From: Bacteroidales bacterium UBA1800
GTDB lineage: Bacteria > Bacteroidota > Bacteroidia > Bacteroidales > VadinHA17
Length of the DNA: 53,183 nucleotides
Reading direction: 5' to 3'
NCBI GenBank assembly: GCA_002319915.1
Contig: DCFQ01000085.1
Coordinates: 13,877 to 67,059 of the forward strand
Both the position numbers and the translations under genes were made by a program. The notes under the pieces were generated by a model. That model searched no databases. It worked only from the letters and a program-made list of their open reading frames with translations, and had not been told where the DNA came from. Shown here in pieces: positions 47,880 to 53,183 of the stretch. How positions within the stretch are numbered: the stretch's first letter is position 1; each line of letters starts with the position of its first letter.

Positions 47880-50800
47880 ATGCAGAGAATAGCTCAATTC
47901 GCTGTTAAATACCCTGTTACGGTCATGATGCTTGTACTGGGTATTGTCCTGCTGGGTTTTATTTCATTCGGCAAGCTCGGAACAGATCTTTTCCCGGACC
48001 TCAATAATCCGAAGATCTATGTCGAGCTGAAAGCCGGCGAAAGGCCCCCTGAGGAAATTGAGAAGAATTATGTCGATCAGATAGAATCGCTCGCGATGCG
48101 GCAGACCGATGTCATCCAGGTATCATCGGTCTCCCGGCCGGGATCGGCTGTCATTACTGTGGAGTACGACTGGAAAAAGGATATGGATGAGGCCTTCCTC
48201 GATCTTCAGAAAGAGCTCACAGCCTTCAGCCAGAATTCTGATCTCGAAAGCTTTACGATATCACAGTACGATCCCAATGCGGCTCCCGTGATGGTTGTCG
48301 GCCTTAAGAACGACAGGATGACCAATCTGGATGACCTCAGGAAAGTCGCTGAGAACTACATCAGGAATGAGCTCATAAGGATCGAAGGTATAGCCGATGT
48401 GAGGCTTGCCGGAAAAGAGGAAAGCGAAGTAGTGATCGAAACTAACAAATACATCCTGGAATCTTTCGGGCTGACCACCGATGCCATATCGGCCCAGATA
48501 ATGAACTATAACAGGAATGTTTCGGGCGGATCGATCGTCGATATGGGACTGAAATACACCATCAAGGGGGTAAGCGTTCTCAAGGACCTGAACGACCTGG
48601 GAAATATCATCGTAGGCTTTAAAAGAAATTCCACCGGCACATCTGCCTCCTCTCTTCAGGCCCAGGGTTCCCAGGCTACAACGTCAGCAAGGGATGTCCC
48701 TGTCTACCTGAGGGATATTGCCACCATACACTTTGCAAACAAGGACCCGCAGAATATCGTGACCATTGACGGAGAGCGCTGCATAGGCCTCTCCATCTAC
48801 AAGGAACCGAAGTACAATACCGTCGATGCGGTCAGGAGCCTCGATAAGGCATTCGCTGACCTGTCGAGAGCGCTTCCGGGCTATGAGTTCATAAAGGTCC
48901 ATGACCAGGGGAACTACATTCACGGGGCAATCACCGAAGTCCAGAACACATTGCTTATCGGGATCCTTCTTGCGGTCTTTGTCCTTTACATCTTCCTCAG
49001 AAGGATCGGAACGACAATGGTCATCAGCGTGGCAATCCCTATTTCAATAGTTGCCACTTTTAACCTGATGTATTTTAATCACCTGACCCTCAACATCATG
49101 ACACTGGGAGGGCTTGCGCTCGGGGCGGGAAGGCTGGTTGACGATGCCATAGTGGTTCTCGAAAACATCACCCGGCACAGGGAAGAAGGGATGCCGCTCA
49201 GGGATGCAGTGATCAAAGGGACGGGTGAAGTGGGAGGAGCCATCACGGCCTCTACCATAACCACGATCGTGGTCTTTCTTCCCATAGTTTACCTGCACGG
49301 GGCGTCGGGCGAGATGTTCAAAGACCAGGCGTGGACAGTCGCTTTTGCACTTATCTCTTCCCTGGTAGTCGCAATGCTGGTGATCCCGATGCTGGTGTCG
49401 ACGTTGTTCTCCGACAGGAAGAAGAAAGCAGAGGTGACCACGCCTCTTAAGTTCCTATGGTATAAAGGATTCCTTGAGAAAACCCTGGACCGGAGGGGAC
49501 TGGTGATCCTGCTTTCAGTTGCCCTGCTTGCGGTTTCCGCCCTGCTTGTACCCCGCCTCGGCAGTGAATTCATGCCGCGATCGGAATCGGCCGAGTTCAC
49601 GGTTAAGCTCACCCTGCCTGAAGGCACCGACCTTATAAGGACTTTCAGCACTGCTCAGAAGACTGAGGGGATCATCAGGGAGCTCCTTCCCGGGAAAATA
49701 AAGACGATATATACCCAGTCGGGTGAAGAAAACACATCATCTGCAAATTCACCGCAGGGTGAAACCGGGGAGAACACAGCTTCCCTCCGGGTTATGCTGA
49801 CCCCGGATTACGCTTCCCGGACCGAGGATGCCATTGCCCTGACCGAGAACTACCTGAAGAGCGTTCCGGATCTGAAGGTAAGCTTCACAAGAGAGGAGAC
49901 CGCTCTTCAATCCTCGCTCGGGACCACCTCGGCTCCTTTTGCGCTCGAGATTTCCGGGAAGGAATATGATCAGCTTGAAAAGGTGCTGAACGATACACGT
50001 ACCATACTTGCCGGCAACAGGCAGCTCTACAATATAACCACATCCCTTGATGAAGGGACCCCCGAGGTCGAGGTGGCTGTCGACAGGTTCAGGGCCAGCT
50101 ATTACAATGTCCCGGTCGACAATGTGGTAAAGCAGATCAGGGCTTACCTCGAAGGATCGTCTGCCGGTAGCTTTGAAAAGGATGGCGAGCTGAAGGATAT
50201 TACGATCAGGCTGGGAGATATCTCCATCGGCCAGCTCAGGGACCTGATGATCACCGCGGGAAGCGTCAGGGTTCCGCTGAGCGAGCTTGCTGCAGTGAAG
50301 ACGGTCATGACACCGCGTGAGATTACCAGGAGGAACCAGTCGAGAACCTGCTATCTCTATGCAATGGTCAACTCCGGCAAGGCCTTCGACCAGGTAGTCA
50401 GGGAATCGGAAGCTTCCCTCAGGGCACTCAACCTCCCGGTCGATTATAAGATTGAATTTACCGGCGAGGAGCTTAAGAGGAGGGAGTCGATGTCGAACCT
50501 GACATTTGCACTTCTGCTTTCACTGGTGCTCGTCTTCATGGTTCTGGCAGCCCAGTTCGAGTCGGTGATCCAGCCGCTGATCATCATGCTCACAATCCCT
50601 CTGGCAGCTGTCGGAACGATCCTGACCTTCTTCATTCTGGGGAAAAGCCTGAATATGATGGCATATATCGGGATCATAATGCTGGGCGGAATCGCTGTCA
50701 GCAATGCGATTATACTGATCGACAGGATCAATCAGCTCCGGGCGGCGGGGATGGCAAAGAAGGAGGCAATCGTGCTCGGCGGCATGCAGAGGATACGGCC

Positions 50801-51020
50801 CATCCTGATGACGAGCCTTACGACGATCATGGCCCTGATCCCCCTTACGATCGGGTTTGGCGAAAGCGCCTCACTCAGGTCACCCATGGCGCTGGCGGTC
50901 ATCGGAGGACTTTTCTCATCCACACTCCTCACACTGATAGTCATTCCTTCTGTTTACTGGGTAACTGATACCCTGAGCAGCAGGCTGAGCGCCCGAAGGA
51001 CAAATAATGAAAGGAACTGA
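47880..51020 (+). CDS. RND efflux permease (AcrB/AcrD/AcrF family)
   Basis: DLFPD, LVDDAIVVLENI, AQFES...P, RIRPILMTSLTT, PMALAVIGG. Confidence 0.95.
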   Translation: MQRIAQFAVKYPVTVMMLVLGIVLLGFISFGKLGTDLFPDLNNPKIYVELKAGERPPEEIEKNYVDQIESLAMRQTDVIQVSSVSRPGSAVITVEYDWKKDMDEAFLDLQKELTAFSQNSDLESFTISQYDPNAAPVMVVGLKNDRMTNLDDLRKVAENYIRNELIRIEGIADVRLAGKEESEVVIETNKYILESFGLTTDAISAQIMNYNRNVSGGSIVDMGLKYTIKGVSVLKDLNDLGNIIVGFKRNSTGTSASSLQAQGSQATTSARDVPVYLRDIATIHFANKDPQNIVTIDGERCIGLSIYKEPKYNTVDAVRSLDKAFADLSRALPGYEFIKVHDQGNYIHGAITEVQNTLLIGILLAVFVLYIFLRRIGTTMVISVAIPISIVATFNLMYFNHLTLNIMTLGGLALGAGRLVDDAIVVLENITRHREEGMPLRDAVIKGTGEVGGAITASTITTIVVFLPIVYLHGASGEMFKDQAWTVAFALISSLVVAMLVIPMLVSTLFSDRKKKAEVTTPLKFLWYKGFLEKTLDRRGLVILLSVALLAVSALLVPRLGSEFMPRSESAEFTVKLTLPEGTDLIRTFSTAQKTEGIIRELLPGKIKTIYTQSGEENTSSANSPQGETGENTASLRVMLTPDYASRTEDAIALTENYLKSVPDLKVSFTREETALQSSLGTTSAPFALEISGKEYDQLEKVLNDTRTILAGNRQLYNITTSLDEGTPEVEVAVDRFRASYYNVPVDNVVKQIRAYLEGSSAGSFEKDGELKDITIRLGDISIGQLRDLMITAGSVRVPLSELAAVKTVMTPREITRRNQSRTCYLYAMVNSGKAFDQVVRESEASLRALNLPVDYKIEFTGEELKRRESMSNLTFALLLSLVLVFMVLAAQFESVIQPLIIMLTIPLAAVGTILTFFILGKSLNMMAYIGIIMLGGIAVSNAIILIDRINQLRAAGMAKKEAIVLGGMQRIRPILMTSLTTIMALIPLTIGFGESASLRSPMALAVIGGLFSSTLLTLIVIPSVYWVTDTLSSRLSARRTNNERN

Positions 51021-51042
51021 AACATACCTTTAGCTGACTGCG

Positions 51043-53183
51043 ATGGATTTTATTCTGAAAAGAAGGGTTTTGATAAGCATGCTCTTCCTGGGGCTGACGC
51101 TGCTTGGGTATGTTTCGTACAAAAAGCTGCCGGTCGAGCTTTTCCCCAATGCCCAGCTTCCAACCCTGATAGTCCAGGTGGCGACACCACTGGAGCTTGA
51201 CCCGTCGTACATCGAGACTCAGGCTGTCATTCCCATTGAAGGCGCCGTAGGTACTCTGGAAGGCGTGGAGAAGATCGAATCGAACATTTCCTCAAGGTTT
51301 GGTACAATAGTTATCTATTATACCAAAAGCTCCGACCTGAAGTATGCAAATCTGAAGCTGCAGGAGAAGATTGACGGGATAAAGTCCGGCATCCCGCCTG
51401 AATTCCAGATCAATGTGATAAAGATCGACCTGAAGCAGCTCACGAACCAGTTCATGGAACTTCAGGTAAGGGGAACGGGAGGTATCGACAGGATAAGGAA
51501 TATTGCAGACAGGGAAATAAAGCCCGATTTCGAGAATATCGATGGAATTGCCGGGGTGCAGGTGTTTGGCGGGTATGAGAATTCGATCGAGGTGAGGCTG
51601 AATGAAAAAGCCTGCAAATCGCTGGGGATTTCGATGGGCCAGGTCAGAAGCATACTTAATGACAACGGCAGGGACAAGACCTTTGCAGGGAAGGTTGTTG
51701 ACGGCCAGAACAAGCTGTTCGTAAATGTCACATCCGAATATACCGATGTAAAGGATATCGGCAACATAGTTGTCGACCGGAAAGGGCCCGTGCTCCTCAA
51801 GGATATTGCCGAGATCTTCTTTGGCGTTAAGGAACAAAGCTCGTTCAGCAGGGTAAACGGTCTCGATGCCGTGACCATGACTCTGGTCAACGACAACCAG
51901 GCAAACCTGATAAACCTCTCCCATAAGGCAATCAACCAGGTGAAAGCCCTCAACAAAAAGCTTGCATCGGAAGGCGTGGAGGTTGTCGTCCAGAGCAACA
52001 GCGCCCAGCTGATGGAAAAGAACATCAACCAGATAATAAACCTGGCCCTCACCGGGGGGCTTCTCGCCGTGCTTATCCTCTGGTTTTTTCTCAGGAACAT
52101 CCGGCTGGTGACAGTCATTGCCCTTTCGATACCAATATCCGTCTATTCGGCATTTAACTTTTTCTATGCGTACGGGATAACCATCAACAGCCTCACGCTC
52201 GTGGGCATTGCTCTTGCTGTAGGCATGCTGGTAGATAATTCGGTGGTGGTCCTGGAGAATATTTACCGGCTTGCGGGCCAGGGAAAGGACCCCGGGACCT
52301 CTGTAAGACAGGGAACCACCGAGGTCTGGAGATCGATCTTTGCCTCTACCCTGACCACTGTGATCGTATTTATGCCCTTCATATTTTCGGGCAACTTCAT
52401 GGTGAAGATCATCGGGAAGAATATCGGTGTTTCAATTGTGTCGACGCTTTTGGTCTCACTGGCCGTGGCTCTCTTCTTTATACCGATGGCGACCTATTTC
52501 CTTCTTGCATCCCGCGATTACGGCAATTCGGCGATCTTCCAGAGGCTCTCCATCCATAACCGCCTGATCCAGGGTTATTACCTTGTTCTGAAGGCCAGCA
52601 TGAGGAAACCGGCCGCAACAATAATCGGGACCCTTGTCATCTTTTTCACTTCCCTTCTCATAAGCCTGACACTGAGCCTCAGCTCACCCGAGCAGGTCCA
52701 GGCGCCTAATTTCCGGCTTTCGGTGATCATGCCGGGCGGCTCGACGCTCGATAAGACCGATGCTGTGGTTTCCGAGATCGAATCGAGGCTTGTTTCCCTC
52801 CCGGAAAAGCATGATATCATAAGCCGTATCGAAGAGGAACAGGCTACTGTTACGATTAACCTGCCAGAAGGGTGGGATAAGAATACCAAACGGTCGCTTC
52901 CGGAGATCAAAAATGATATTTCCGAAAAGACAAGGAGCATCTCCTCGGCCGAAGTCACCATGGATGAGATCTCTGCCAGCGGCGGATTCTCAGGCGGCGG
53001 CCAGGGAGAGGATTCCTACAACCCCGAGCTCGATTTCATGAACCTCCTGGGGATAGGATCCCAGCAGGAGAGTGTAGTGATCAAGGGTGAGAACTTTACC
53101 ATGATGAAGGATCTCGCAGGCGACATCAAATCAGCGGTCGAAAAACTGCAGGTAACCGACAATGCGAATGTAAATGTCAGGGA
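51043..53183 (+). CDS. Second RND efflux permease, 5' part (runs off window)
   Basis: Not in the ORF track. Manual translation from ATG 51043 gives MDFILKRRVLISMLF...LPVELFP...GMLVDNSVVVLENIYR; segments checked up to the window end stay in frame. Confidence 0.92.
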   Translation, partial: MDFILKRRVLISMLFLGLTLLGYVSYKKLPVELFPNAQLPTLIVQVATPLELDPSYIETQAVIPIEGAVGTLEGVEKIESNISSRFGTIVIYYTKSSDLKYANLKLQEKIDGIKSGIPPEFQINVIKIDLKQLTNQFMELQVRGTGGIDRIRNIADREIKPDFENIDGIAGVQVFGGYENSIEVRLNEKACKSLGISMGQVRSILNDNGRDKTFAGKVVDGQNKLFVNVTSEYTDVKDIGNIVVDRKGPVLLKDIAEIFFGVKEQSSFSRVNGLDAVTMTLVNDNQANLINLSHKAINQVKALNKKLASEGVEVVVQSNSAQLMEKNINQIINLALTGGLLAVLILWFFLRNIRLVTVIALSIPISVYSAFNFFYAYGITINSLTLVGIALAVGMLVDNSVVVLENIYRLAGQGKDPGTSVRQGTTEVWRSIFASTLTTVIVFMPFIFSGNFMVKIIGKNIGVSIVSTLLVSLAVALFFIPMATYFLLASRDYGNSAIFQRLSIHNRLIQGYYLVLKASMRKPAATIIGTLVIFFTSLLISLTLSLSSPEQVQAPNFRLSVIMPGGSTLDKTDAVVSEIESRLVSLPEKHDIISRIEEEQATVTINLPEGWDKNTKRSLPEIKNDISEKTRSISSAEVTMDEISASGGFSGGGQGEDSYNPELDFMNLLGIGSQQESVVIKGENFTMMKDLAGDIKSAVEKLQVTDNANVNVR

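Noticed and set aside
51030-52961. Several minus-strand ORFs (60-218 aa)
   Set aside because: Antisense shadows of the second RND gene, which the track missed because it has no stop inside the window

Overview
Chromosomal window from a Bacteroidota (Bacteroidales-like) bacterium. The assignment rests on the lpxC-fabZ fusion, a T9SS C-terminal-domain protein, TAnnTTTG promoters and the bEBP-lptE-hypothetical-secG-groES order. Left part (1-19 kb): groEL (partial)/groES, secG, lptE, a sigma-54 activator, kdsB, a LitR/CarH-like MerR regulator, a GSCFA protein, a lysophospholipase, two ECF sigma factors, yjbQ, queG and a sufBCDSE-sufT operon. Middle (about 19.4-32.5 kb): an accessory block, visibly AT-richer in its core, that looks like a salt/osmotic-stress island. 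It holds two NhaD-superfamily transporters, SHOCT, MscS, ClC-CBS, an OmpR-type two-component system, an unannotated 33-aa membrane peptide, a leader terminator, a GpgS-like glycosyltransferase fused to a HAD phosphatase, an APC-USP permease and a CmpX-like protein. Right part: DUF4139 protein with a sigma-54 promoter, YccF, thiL, HD-lpxD-lpxC/fabZ-lpxA, and a hybrid operon made of an ABC ATPase, an ABC-permease/pseudo-M1/golvesin fusion, TolC, an MFP and two RND permeases (the last truncated by the window edge). A family of TCCCGA..TCGGGA palindromic (REP-like) repeats occurs in several intergenic gaps. I found no tRNA, rRNA, CRISPR array or transposase. All calls come from motif recognition by eye, without database searches.
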